Position numbers and translations under genes: made by a program. Positions 51,090-64,000 of a stretch of DNA of 64,000 nt are shown here, in pieces; within the stretch, counting starts at the first letter, position 1; every line of letters starts with the position of its first letter. The notes under the pieces are model-generated. The model did not search any database. It was not told the origin of the DNA and saw only the letters and a list, made by a program, of their open reading frames with translations. Source of the DNA: Lingula anatina (Eukaryota; Animalia; Brachiopoda); the NCBI GenBank assembly GCA_051362555.1, contig CM120641.1:434001-498000 (forward strand), written 5' to 3'.

Positions 51090-53664
51090 AGTAATATATA
51101 TATGCACTAGAACTTGATTAATGGATACCTTTTGAAACAAACCTGAAAATGTCACTTAATGCAGAAATATGAAGGTTGTTACTATACCTGTAGTTACTCT
51201 GTACAGGTGAGACATTGAACTGCTATCTCATTACCTGCAGGCGCTATAAATTAATTGAAGGGACGTAATTGCCACTATTAAGTTAATTGAATTAAGATAA
51301 TGTGGAAGACATCCATAAACCCGTCAGATATTAAATTGGGTTTGTGCTATGGATGGTTTTACTCTTAACAGATTGCAGTGCTTGGTTTGCAATCTAGCAA
51401 AGTGCAGCTGGTTCCACTTCATAGCACTTGCTACGAGTTTTGCGTTACATGCATGTTTTATTTCAATATCACTATTCATCTGTTTATTATTATTCATTAT
51501 TTACAGTCGAGTATTTCGGATCTGAAGTTATGCCTAGAGTACTTTTTATCAAAATCACCGTCTTTTATTTTTTAATCTGATATTTGATTCCAATGGCTGC
51601 AGTTATTTGGTAAGTGGGAGTAAATATTTGTAGAATTAAATGTAGTGAGGTTTTTCAATTGGCTCAAAGAAATATGTATCTGACTTTTATACAAAAACAA
51701 TTATTGTATTAGAAAAGAGGGATTTTAATCCCCTGGGTTAACTGTGATGGGATATGCCATCTCTGCCTCTGACATCTGATATGTTTAATGGAAGCATCAA
51801 CAATGTCATGTATGGGAAGTGCCTTTATTGAGTATTGTGACAGAGACAAAAGATTCCACCACTGAAACAACATGTGATTTAATTCTCCTGCAACATAATG
51901 TTGGGAGGTTTAATTTAGATTCTACATTAGACACTGCACGTATGTTTGTAACCTAGGACTGAATTCATTTAATGCAGTAGTATACAGACTGCTTCATTAA
52001 CAAGGAAACTGCATGGTTTTGTGACTGTAATATTCCCCCGTAATCTTATATAAGGGATGTTTACATTACCTGGGAAAATGGCATGGTTGCTACTTTGGCA
52101 GTAAATAGATGGAATTTGTCTTGTTAAAGCAGTCAAACCCAGTTTTTCTAAATGTTCATCAAATTGGATTTTTTCTGAAAGTGTAATAAGGATACAGAGA
52201 TTGAGTTGATTTCATTATTTGAGAACAGAAAATTAAGGCAGTCCACAGCCATGAGGTGCATTTTTTCTTTTTCCTTTCTTTTCTCCTATTATCATAGTTA
52301 TTATTTATTATATATTATTTTTATTTGTTCATTATTTATAAAAAGCTCAGGTTCAAGTATTGATATTCGTGTCATGTATTAGTAGGGATAATGTGAACAC
52401 ACTGAAGTGGCCATCTTGAGTCCAATGGGAACGGGAAAACTTTTGGTTCATCCATGATTTTATTATCATCATTATTATCTGGTGTGCATGCATTTAATAT
52501 AAAAACTAATGAAACAGAGTAAGATAACTACAGCTGGATTATTGTAATTAAGTTGTATTTCTAGACACATGAACATAATTTGCTTTTACTTGAAGTGCTT
52601 TGTAGAATTATTGCTGTGTTACAGCATGATGGGCGGTGGATTGGATATTAACAACTGCATTTGCAATATTTGCCTTATAAATGAGCTTGAAACCAGGATT
52701 TCTTAGTCAAGCTTTTAATGATCCAGTACCCTGACCAAGCCAAAGACATTCAGTCATGCTTATTTCCTACAAATTGTTCACTGATTTTTTAATTTGATTT
52801 TCTCTGCTGTCTGATTGTATTAGTATTTGACTACATGGTTTGAATCAAGAATAACCAGTAAAGTAAATCCTGTATCAGTCTGCCTTAAATGCCTTTTTTA
52901 GTATAGAGACATTTCTTCTTTCCACAGGTGAAATATGTGGTCACCTGGGACACAAGACTCCAGGAAGCCTGTGGCAGCCAAACCACACAGAAATAACCAC
53001 CTGCAACGAAAATTAAACAAGACAGTGTAGAACAACCTGGAAATAAACCCTGCAGTTATATCAAGATTTCACAGCATGCAATCAACAAGTGCTGATTTCC
53101 ATCTTTACACACATCAGATATATTGAAAAATTATTTTTCCAGCAATTTGATTTGGAATTAACATTATCTAGAAAAGTAGCTTTTCAATGTAATATATTTC
53201 ATCTAGCATTGTGTACGATGTGCACAGTACACATTGACACCATGTGGTGGTACACTGTATGTTCATGACAGAATACATATCTGACTCAGACACTCATCAT
53301 TTAAGACATCAGGCAATGTTACATGTGTTATTATATTACATGTACGTAGGATGGAGAGCTAAATGTTTTTGGAATTGGAACATCATATTTTCATGATTCA
53401 TCAATTTTTGCTACTCACACAACTAAAGTCTGGCATAAAATGAAATATTTTTCAGAACTATAAAATTGTAATTTTGAGTAATAGTTTATAACAGGCTCAT
53501 GCAGACAGGAGGGTACTAGCCTATACTGTAGTCAGGGGATGGTACACGTGTTAATAAACAATATACTACCATTATTGCAACAATATTGTACCAAAAAATT
53601 AATTACAGTCATAGACATAACATAAGATATTTATTTATTATTTTTTGGCTAGTATGTATAGATC

Positions 53665-53807
53665 GGGGGAGTCTCGATAGTCAGAAGGTTCACTGGTCCA
53701 AAAAATGGTAACAATTTCATCAGTTTTTTAATTAAGGGTTCATTGGTCCGAAGGTTCTATAGTGAACCTTCGGACTATTGAACCTTCGGACTATTGCTAC
53801 AGCCTCT
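53665..53807 (+). mobile_element. Second copy of the 8-bp-TSD element
   Basis: TATAGATC at 53657-53664 and 53808-53815; contains GGTTCA(C/T)TGGTCC and GAACCTTCGGACTATT repeats. Confidence 0.8.
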
Positions 53808-53829
53808 TATAGATCAGTGAAAGCCACCT

Positions 53830-54900
53830 TTCAGATCATGATGATTACAATACTTGATAGCATTTTGCACCATTCACCAACATCAGCTGTCTCCACATTT
53901 TTCCATAACATCAGCTTTAGATTCCCAGAGTCTTGGCATCAAGGAAGTACAGTATGATGGTTTTGTTTGATCTCTCAGTCATATATCCTCATGGACCAGG
54001 TAACTTCATTATCAAGTTCTTGTTACTGAATGATGCTGTCATTTTGTCTCTGCCATTATGGCCAGCCTGGGAACCTTTTATTGAACAAGGAGAACTTCAG
54101 AAAGGCATATACCAGTACAGCCAGCTGTGTCCTCTATACCTAATGGGGCAGACTTGTTAATGATCTTTTCCTCCATGTCACATATAGTAAATGCCCTGTC
54201 AATTATCATAATCGTTGCATGACTTCATAGGTAAGTAACAAATGGTGTCTCCTTACAAACCATTTCGATAGAAAAAATTGAGACTTTATGGTTACATTCA
54301 TGATTTTCTTATATTTAAGGGGCAATTATTTTTTTCACAGATGCTGTCTTTGCCATAATTACTCTGTCTGTCAATGCCTACAACTAGCTCTTTTTTAAAG
54401 AGGTATCTGCATCATTTTATGTTTGAGAATATATGGAAATTTTAATTTCACAATCACATCCTCCACACGTACAGTATCCCTGGAGAATACACCATCAAGA
54501 TCAATCCATCCATTGACCAATTTCACTTCCTGTTTTAAAAGAAACATCAGGTTGAATTTATCACTTAAATCAAGTCTTATCACAATTTCCACAGCTTGGC
54601 TTACATCACTTGTCATATCACTGTCACTAGATCGTCTTTGGTGATAGCTTGAGATGCTCACAGATAAGTTCTGCATTGCATGTCCCTTATCACTGGAAAA
54701 TTGGCATCATGGTACAGACAATTCTCCCAAATGGAAAAAGGGAGTATTAAGTGTTTGCCAGTGTAAATGTTGCACATGCTTTCTTGAGAAGTTCAGGTGA
54801 AATATGTATCCCTAGTAAGAGGATCAGTTGGCAGTTACTGTTGGTAATTTTTGCACTGTTGGCCATTGTGATCGTACGTGTTCTGTACATGGATTTATTT
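53830..54900 (-). pseudogene. Possible heavily decayed coding remnant, tentatively a tandem OB-fold (RPA-like) protein
   Basis: Protein-like fragments across frames: LGIHISPELLKKACATFTL; VKLVNGWIDLDGVFSRDTVRVEDVIVKLKFPYILK; QDSGNLKLMLWKNVETADVGEWCKM (resembles the OB-fold D.TG.I.LTLW motif). Many stops and frameshifts. Confidence 0.3.
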
Positions 54901-55246
54901 TGGTTCCTGTATAAAAGGGACAATTCAAGGCACTGTTTCAGAGCAAGTGTGTGGCAGATCTCATCCCTGGATGCTGAAATCCACATACACTGTAGTAATC
55001 ATGCATATAAGTTTATAAACCATGAATGATGCAGTGCACCTCTTCAAAATGTTTAAGACCATTTATTTCTTTTAGTTGATTGAATACCTGGATTATTTTC
55101 AAAAAAACTTGTGAACTGAAGAACAGTGTCATATTCTTGTAAAATTTTAATGCTTTAGATGTTCTGCAAGAAATCAATAGTGTATCCAATCATGAAAACA
55201 CTGCTGGAAATTTTCTTTGTTGCTCATTTCCGTGTTATTCATTTTC

Positions 55247-55348
55247 TTTTTTATGGCATAATTTTACCAATTATAGGATGTCATGATAACCAGTATGTTT
55301 TTTATGGCATAGGTTTACCAATTATAGGATGTCATGATAACCAGTATG
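55247..55348. repeat. 51-bp tandem duplication
   Basis: TTTTTTATGGCATA--TTTACCAATTATAGGATGTCATGATAACCAGTATG occurs twice. Confidence 0.9.
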
Positions 55349-56730
55349 TTTTGTTAGTTAAATAAATTCACTATGGTTATTTTATGATTAAATTGAGTTT
55401 TATATTTCTTCATTTGCATTTTATTTGGAGGATTATGCTTTAAAAATCATCATCCACAGTAGTATTGATTGAACAGACTCCAGAAGTTCTGGTGGTTTAA
55501 ACTATCTAATGTATGTTCTTTTGGCAAAAGAATAGGGGCATTGGCAAATAAACATTGATCTATGCATTTTTTGTTCATTTGTCAGTCTGATGGTAATTCC
55601 AATATGTTTTGTCATTTGGATTTGATAAAGCATATAACCTTTGGCAAACAATTTTTCAAAGATGACATTTTGTGAGGCTTAGCCTGCAAATGAAAGTAAT
55701 TTTGTGATCTTTGTATTTGATAAAACTAGATGAAGAGAAAACAGTTGGCAGTAAAAGTAGATCTGTTTGGACCCTCTGAAGCACTTGCCATAAAGGCAGT
55801 CTAGATGTCAACAGGCCATTGGGGATTGAACCATGATTTTCTCTGCAACATTATCAATCAAGACTTAAGGTTAAGAAAACAAGCAGGCAGGAATAGTGGG
55901 CAGCCTAAATCAATTGTCTTGGAATTATGAGAGATCCATGTATATATCCCAAAGTTTCTACACATCTTAGCCTCTCTATAAATTTTATAATATTTATTTC
56001 AGTGCAGTGTTTTTTAATACATGCCTGTATCTTTTTAAAATACAGAACTTAAAAGAACAATTTAAAATTACAATTCATACCATGTACTTAACAGATTTAA
56101 CAGACTCCCACTTGATGTGAAAGTTACATATCTTTTTGGTGCCAATCCTACGGGTCCTTGTTTCTCACATTCTGTCTTTTTTTATTCTAAATGACACTGC
56201 ATGGGGCAATTAAGTAAATTAACTTAGTTTCCCTTAATAAGACTATGTAATGGCTGGTAATGGAATAAATCATGTAGCCTGGCAGTTATGCAAGCTGTGT
56301 AAACTTGGCATTTATCTCCCATGTGAATGAATACTAAATCCTGACAAAGCAAAATAATTATCATCATTTATATATTATTTTGACTCTTTTAGATCAACTA
56401 TAACATAAGAATGATGAAGGAATATTTGTATTGTTTTGACTATGGTGTACCAGTAGATTACTGACATGGAGCTGATGAAAAGCTTTCTTTTTTTGATGAA
56501 ATCTGAAAAGCATCCAACATGTAACTAATTTGATTTCCTTTCCAAAGGTTGTATGGTCTTAGCATGAGGAATATTCACCTTGTGTTTGCAGTGTGGAGAA
56601 AGATGGAAATAAAGTACACATGTACTGAGTACCTATTCCACAGCATGGCAATTGTATGGACTATCTGGTAGTGGAATTCTTGCACTATGAATTTTGCAAC
56701 AAAATGAAATTGAGAATTTGGCAGCCTTAT

Positions 56731-56903
56731 CCAAAGGTTGTCTTTCCTGTCAAGTCAGGACTGCCCATCTTGTGCAATCTTACCCAAAGGTTGTCTTTCC
56801 TGTCAAGTCAGGACTGCCTATCTTTGTGCAACTTCACCCAAAAGTTGTATTTCCAGTCAAGTTGGGGCTGCCTATCTTGTGCAATCTTTCCAAAGGCTGT
56901 CTT
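56731..56903. repeat. ~53-bp minisatellite, ~3.2 copies
   Basis: CCAAAGGTTGTCTTTCCTGTCAAGTCAGGACTGCC variants at 56731, 56784 and 56838, with a partial copy at 56890. Confidence 0.9.
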
Positions 56904-58755
56904 GACAAAAAGCCTTTAGATTGGCTTCCTTTAGGAAGCTATACTGGCAGCTGATGTCAGTGTTGGAATTGGTCACACAACATTCTTATGACCTACCTTA
57001 TCTGGAAACATGGCCTATATGTAAAAACACTTGGTCACTAGAATCAGAAGTACGTGTACATTTCTTAGCACAGACACATGTTTTTGTATGTACTTACTTT
57101 CTCAACTGCAGAATCTTTGTCTTGTCTGAACTTCCTGGTTTACAGATGCCTATACACATGCCTATTCCCAGGTGCCAAGTTCATTGATTGGGATATGTTG
57201 TGGCATGCGTGATGTGCATATTTTGACCAGTTGAGACTTCTGATATGGAGATTTTCACACCAAAATCCATTTAACTGGCGACAAAGTGCCCGACAGACAT
57301 TAATTAACCTAAATTGATACGTCTCAAGTAAGAAAAGTTTATAAATGTGAAAAAAAAGCAACTATAAGAACTCCTGATAGTGGATTTTAAAGTTATCTTT
57401 ACATTTTACCCAATGAATTATGTTAAAATGATTTCTGAATTACAAAATTTTTTCTGCTCGGGCGTTTTGTTCGTCTACCATCGTTTTTCTTCAATACAAC
57501 TAGTGTACCGTTATACTTGGGTGTCTACTACTAGCTCTTGTTCAGCAAAAAAGAACAATAGATCATGATTTCATATTTTCATCTTTCAAAACACTATATC
57601 TTAGATTTGAAAAATCATTCTGAGCCCGGCCTACACATGTATATTGTACGATCATGGAACCTTCAAGACTCTCAAAACTTCGAAGAAATATTTCTAAAGG
57701 ATAAAAAAATTCAGCCGCATACAATTAAACCGTTCTACATGTATACACTGTACTCCCAAGTACAGAATCAAGGTTGAAACAGAATGTTGGATGAGGATAA
57801 AGTCCCTATTCACTTCTCTGAGGGGAATAAACCCCTCCCCCATAAAAAATAAAATTGTGCCATCCGTGTGTGATGAATTTTCACTATAACATATTCAGTT
57901 AAATCATCTTTAAAACATTAATATTGGTAAATTTGGAATTTTACGATTTGACACTTGCTATGTAAACAGAGTTTATCTTCTATCTTGCTCATGATCACAT
58001 AAAGCTGTAGTGCTGTAAAACATTTTTAAAAGGGAAATTGCGTGGGCCCCTTTATTCACCCCAAAAGTGGATGAAATCCGAGTGCATTGCTCGATCTGTG
58101 CGACGTCCAATTTAACTCAAAAATCAACAGATCTATATTTTGCATCTACTTTAATATTTTGAGCAAATTTCCTACAATTTGTTCCGTCCATTTACTGAAA
58201 TAAAAACCTTCATTTCCAAAACAAGTACCGGTAGTTTCATTCGAATCAAAAGTCGCAACTCACACAATAAAAGACTCTCAAAATATAATAGCAACAACAT
58301 CTACCACACTTAAGGTGTCATTACCTCTTCAAAAATTATCGGTACATATCTTACTAATACTTCAATGCAATGTAGGTTCAAAACAAAAATGGCATAGGCT
58401 TAAATTTTGTCTATGATATTTATTCTTATCGAAAGGTACTTTTAGTATGCCGCACTATTGATACAAATTGAACGTGCGCTTTCCGGCAAGGTAGAAGGTG
58501 GTCCTTAACGCGTATGGTGTTACAACTACTATAAAATAACTTCCAGTTTTATTGTGCTTTTCGAATTTGAATTGTAGACCTTTCTGTGCTAGAATTTGGC
58601 CTTCATCTGAATGTTAAAACCTCCTCGTCAAAAATGAAAACGAAAATCAGTTGCCGAATTCAATACCAAAAGAGGAGGCCTATTTCGTTCTCTGTTTGTG
58701 ATTTTTCTATTTTTTTGATTATATTATTTATTTTCTTTCTAAGATGTAAATTTAC

Positions 58756-59125
58756 CATGGTGTAGCACTCTTCCGAGCGGTGGATATGTATACACCCGCC
58801 AGACACCCCCAGGTAAACCTTATAATACCAAAGTTTGGATTTATTAAACGGAGATTTTAATGATGCTGCAAATAAATGAAGCATGGCCCCTTTTCTTATA
58901 CAGAAACCTATCGGTAATTTTCAATAATCGGTTGAATCTGCAGATTTTAGCATGCTAATGGACGAGATCATTTTCACCACTGACATTGAGAGATAGCGAC
59001 AATTAAAATGGATATTAGGTATAGATAAACGTTAATCTTTTCCTAATAGAAGTTTGATGGATGAAGCAATCCTATTTATACAAAACTGTCGATAGAGGCA
59101 CTGAACATATTACCAGGGGTACGGC
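58756..59125 (-). other. Putative 5' exon ending exactly on a start codon (ACACCATG|gtaaat)
   Basis: Acceptor tttattttcag|G at 59126/59125. The donor follows an ATG in good Kozak context (A at -3) at 58756/58755. The exon lies in the CpG-rich zone. Confidence 0.35.
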
Positions 59126-59216
59126 CTGAAAATAAACTGTGAAATAGTTTGTGATATAGGCCTATACTTATGTGAAAAAAAAACGGATGGCTTATTTTCT
59201 TCTTTCCCATGATTAC

Positions 59217-59431
59217 CTTTATAGCAATGTGCAATCTGTGGCAGGAGCAGATTTTCCCGTGAAACAAGCCCCCGGTATAAGTGGTGTTTCAAAATTGAAC
59301 CCCACTCTTCGAAACCCAGGAGTGGCATCTTCTGCATCCACAGTCCATTGAATTATTTTCTCAAATGCCAGTTAAATTGAGATTTTGATCCAATTAATGT
59401 ATGGCCTTTGCATGTGCAGCTAAGTTCTTGC
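59217..59431 (-). other. Putative 5' UTR exon
   Basis: Acceptor ttttattttaag|G (59432/59431) and donor AAG|gtaatc (59217/59216), with a 91-nt intron to the next acceptor. Confidence 0.35.
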
Positions 59432-60811
59432 CTTAAAATAAAAAATAAAAATATTACTTGAAATTATTAAATGTGATAGAGATTATAATTACTAAACAAA
59501 ACCTATTGTTTCAAAAGATTTATTGTCACTGTCAATTAAAAGTCGGTAGGAAAGCCCTGAAAAAATCGATTCCTTATTTTGAAAAACCCAGTGAGAAGTA
59601 ACAACACACGGGATCCAACCCTGGAAAATGATAACAGAACTTCATGCGACCCAATCTCTTTAAGTTTGCAACTAAAGACCCTGGGCCATTGGATAACAGT
59701 CTTTTAACTAGTAACATACAGCTTTGGACAACATATTGATGGGTACTGCTTAGATTTAATCGAATTGGTATTGATTGGATAAAAGCAAATTATGGGATTT
59801 AATTTCCTTGCCATTTCCATTTTAAACCCGGAAATCATTTAATCATTGGTCCTCTTTGTCCTCCAAAGTTACTGGAAATAAATAGGCCCTACTTTTCGAT
59901 AGCCAATCTTTATTTGTGTTGTTGCTCGGAATAATTGATATTGTTTTCGATAGATAATAATCTATATGTTTTTATAAAATATTGCTGAAATTAATCGCAT
60001 TGTTGCGATGCATTTAGCATGGTATTTTGACTATTTTTCTTACACTTTTGCCAAAATTTGCCAATATTTAGTAAAGCGTTAGCAAGAATTTCCCTTTTTG
60101 CCTCTTATTTTTATTAGTTTAATGTTGGCCAAATTTGCTTTGGATCTCTGCGTAACAGCTGCAGAAACGGGCTAATGCTAGTCAGTGACATGAATGAATG
60201 CGTTTGGATGCGCTGCAATTGTGCCACGAAAGCGCAGCTACCGCAATGCCAGGTTTGTAACCCAACTTCTGATCAGCAATGTACCGTAATTGATGATGAA
60301 CACAACTGTTTTGTATGAATTTACAAGATAGAGGTATTCTCTGATGAGATTCTCTGAATGGTTGCCTTAATGTTTGTCTGCCATTACATAAGATGAAGGA
60401 GTCGTATATTACGTTTGAGATAAGCTCATCAGTTGAGATGTAAGATATACAAGCAAGTTCTTTTTTTTTACACAGGATAGTTTAGTCGGATATTTTGAGG
60501 GGAAAAATCTGCACATTCAAGTGCTATTTTCGTGTCCTTTTTAATGCTTAATCTTTTAATATGAACAGCAAGATCTTTTTGAAATATCAAAACTGTGAAA
60601 AGATAATGTAAGTAGTGGAATAGAGCAAATTTTCATGAGGCTAAAAACTGTATAACCAAAATTGAACTATTTAGGTTCTATGCCAGCAGGAATGACAGAA
60701 GCAGAGCAGGCCTAATGATTTTGTTTTTGTTATATATTTAGATCCACATTGTCTATTTTATGTATATTGTTTTTATTTATTATATATTTACTCTTAGTTA
60801 ATTAATATAGT

Positions 60812-60858
<47 letters not shown>
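60812..60858. repeat. (TTTA)n microsatellite
   Basis: Direct reading. Confidence 0.9.
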
Positions 60859-60934
60859 CAACAGCAGCATTAATAAGGTTATTCCTGGGCTCAATTGTTG
60901 ACATATTTCCATTTACCCAACCAATATTCAATGC

Positions 60935-60975
<41 letters not shown>

Positions 60976-63317
60976 TTAAAAAAATTGCACGACAGAAATT
61001 CCGATTTCCTAAAAATTAAGGAAACTAACAACGCGTTCGTAAACCAAGTCATCAATTTGTCTGGTCTAAATGAGCAATTTTCCCTATTGAAATTGAGAAA
61101 AAAATGCTCACCAAGGTTTTCAACTGAATCTGGCCCCAATACACAGTAGCAAATTTAGTTTTCCAACTAAATCCAACATCCATTGTTAAATCTCTTTTTG
61201 CACCAAAATCCACTTTTAGACCGCTGTAATTCAAAAGTATTGTCACTCTCATTATGTCAAAACTCACTTACAAAAAATGGTTTGAGGTCAACAGAAAATG
61301 GTATTTAACGCCAAGATTTTAGTAGAAACCTTGTTTGACATTTACCTCTGGACCTCCAATAACACAAGGCGATGGTTGCAGTTTGATAAGCAGATTTTGG
61401 GGCACCACCTTGGTCACCCTTTGAATCGTAACAGATTTACTGGAAAAGTTGGCACTTGCTTTAATCTCATCATCAATAAGGGCTTTCATTTCAGTAATCG
61501 CCTGTCTATATGGGTTTTTGACGTTACACACATTCTGTACCTTCAGTCAGCTAAATGGTACTATTAAAGATAAATTGAAAAATGCATTACCCAATACCAA
61601 CCAGAACTATTGTAGAGAATGACATTTCTATGACCACATAGCAAGCTGATGGTAGGCAGTTCTTGTTTTGCTTTGCGTTCGACTTCAAACTTATACCATT
61701 GGGCATAAAAAATTTACCAAACTAAGACTCTGATAACTCAATAATCACCTTTGATAATTTCAATGAGATTTTATTTTAACTGCTTTAAGAAGTTACGTTT
61801 GGTACATGAAAGTTTGACTTAAAAGACTGTGTTACATTGCTGTGGTGATCAATTAAAAATCGTAGGCCAAAAAAAAAAACACGATGCATTTTGCAACCCT
61901 AAATACATTTGAAAGATCCCATGCAAGTCGTACAAAGACATCCGGTTAATTCCTTTTCCATATCTGTTTCACAAGGAGGAAAAAATGGAAAACTAGCTAT
62001 TATGTCAACCTCATTTCACGCTGATAGAATTATAGTTGAAGCATATACAACAATTTCTTCATCTATATTCATTGATGTGACATTAAGATGTTTGCACGTT
62101 GCTGAAACCAATGAGCTGGGCCGCCTAACGAAAAGCCAATAAGCCGACATGTAAAACGGAATATGCAATAATACCACAAATAGGCCAACTACACTGAACC
62201 CACCCGACTGTTTTAGATAGATAGGTCTACTTCATTTAAATCTCCTGATCAATAGATAATCAGCAGCGATTTGGAACCTTATCGGTTGTCTATTTAGCAT
62301 TAGAAACTATAACGCCAGGGGCCTCTTTGGTAACATTTATGTCAATAACGGCAAGAGGATGGATATTCCCTGACACTTTGCCCTAATTTGTAGTTCAGTC
62401 AAATTGAAACGTCCCACGCAATTACCACCAGAGTGTACTTTGTCCGAATTATTGTAAATCAGCTCACATCGTCTGACAGGTTTTTCTAAGAATAGAGTAT
62501 AATCAGGGCTCTCTGTCATATCAGGTCAGTGGGTAGAGGGAAAAGCTACTATTTTTACGCGCTGATTAATAATTACAATTCTGAAGAGTACCCAACGCAC
62601 CGTGCATTCAAACCATCTGGGGCGTTTAGAAGGAGCACGTTAAATGACCTGTGATGTATATGGCAAGTTTTAACTTAAAAGTCTTCCGTTTCAACTTGCC
62701 TCCAGGGAATAGTTTCAGGGACCAGTGTAGTTATGTCTTTAATTGAAAAAATTGATTTTAGTAATAATTGATGGTTATTTAATCTTATTTGTTTCGGATT
62801 TGGATTTCTGATGATGTTGCCTGTTCTCTTGTAGCGACATTTGTGCATAAGATACTTTTTATGAGGGAAGAATAGGGATTTGATGAGTTTTATCGTTTTC
62901 CATTACACAGTATATGATTTTGTATAAACTATTTAAATAATACATTTCAGAGATGGGCGTTCCTCTTAACACTGGTTGAACTACTTGAGTAAATCGTATT
63001 TCCATTTTGTACATTTCATTCGGTTTTCTCTCTTGACGCTTTGACCACATAGCGGTAATGCCTAAATCCGATACTGCAGGTTACTTATGGTAAGGTAAAT
63101 GGCAAGCCTCTCTCTCTGTGTATACCTTACGTTACCTGTGGCAATGTAAACAGCAAGCTGTTCTCTCTGTATCTTACCTTATCGTGTTGATTCAGGTGGT
63201 TGCCATGAACTAGATTAAACTAGATGTGTATGGGGTGAACGCAGGGCTCTGAACAGGGGCATCCCAGTATGCTGTCAAATACCAAACCTAGGCGGCGGCC
63301 TGGTTATGTTGCCCTTC

Positions 63318-63484
63318 CAGTGGCGGATCCAGGATTACTTGTAATGGGGAGGGGGGGGGGATTTTGGATTTTTAGAGGGTGAAAGGTGCCATTTGGTACG
63401 GTTTAGAACTATGATTCAACTTGTCAAAATTCTAATTCTTTTTTTTTTTCAGAAATCGAAGGGTGGTCAGGGGGTCCGCCACTG
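63318..63484. mobile_element. hAT-like MITE (CAGTGGCGGA...TCCGCCACTG) with 5-bp TSD
   Basis: Perfect 10-bp TIR. CCTTC lies on both flanks (63313-63317, 63485-63489). Confidence 0.8.
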
Positions 63485-63847
63485 CCTTCTATGTGCAACC
63501 TATGTGCAACCTTCATACACCTCTCAACATACATGATCCAAATTGGAAAATATTGAATAAGTGTGTGTGGAAAACAACACATCTGACAGTTTTCCAGGCA
63601 AAACTGCAAAACGCTTAATTTCGGTGCTGTGTTTATTTTTGGGGGATCATTTTTGAACTTTGGTTATTTTACAGTGACGCTTACGAATCTTTTGAGTAAC
63701 AGCTTTCATGTGTGGGATACCACAGAACGTGATGATGCAAGTATTAAAGATGCACAGTGTAAGACTTCCCCTTGAAAATCTTTCACTGAGATAATCGGTT
63801 GTTTCTTTGGCTACCAACCTTTCTTATGTACGGAAGCGTGTAAGGGT

Positions 63848-64000
63848 CACAACAACACCACACACTACTTACAACACCACACACAACACTTACAACACCA
63901 CACACAACACTTACAACACCACACACGAAACTCACAACACCACACACACTACTTACAACACCACACACAACACTTACAACACCACACACAACACTTACAA
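63848..64000. repeat. AC-rich ~20-22 bp minisatellite (TTACAACACCACACACAACAC), running off the window end
   Basis: Direct reading; explains the VVSVVCG-repeat ORF. Confidence 0.9.

Noticed and set aside
55810-55850. tRNA or SINE box-B-like string (reverse complement GGTTCAATCCCC)
   Set aside because: No cloverleaf or box A could be built; too degraded to call.
59114-59125. 12-nt microexon GCCGTACCCCTG
   Set aside because: Weak donor (GTAATA). Read-through to the ATG-terminal donor at 58756 is equally plausible.

Overview
AT-rich animal genomic DNA, probably invertebrate and lophotrochozoan/mollusc-like (inferred from the repeat content). Most of the window is non-coding and CpG-depleted. 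The only confident protein-coding feature is an uninterrupted 388-aa class A GPCR (39326-40492, minus strand; melatonin-receptor-like/moody-Tre1-like neighbourhood) with several non-canonical microswitch residues. The rest is a dense repeat landscape: an L2/CR1 LINE 3' end; a young 1.86-kb TA-TSD element with perfect 25-bp TIRs and an internal higher-order repeat; a Kolobok-like TTAA element; 5-bp-TSD and 8-bp-TSD MITEs; a Penelope-like fragment; micro/minisatellites; and a 1.9-kb G-rich minisatellite arranged as three ~633-bp higher-order units. The most distinctive pattern is a set of related ~175-270-bp PIF/Harbinger-type fold-back MITEs (at least 13 copies) that repeatedly sit back-to-back sharing one 3-bp TSD (TSD-element-TSD-element-TSD). 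CpG becomes abundant beyond ~57.2 kb, where putative minus-strand 5' exons lie (one ends in CACCATG|GT), suggesting the window is largely the first intron of a long gene with the GPCR nested inside. All calls are from visual inspection only; no searches were run.
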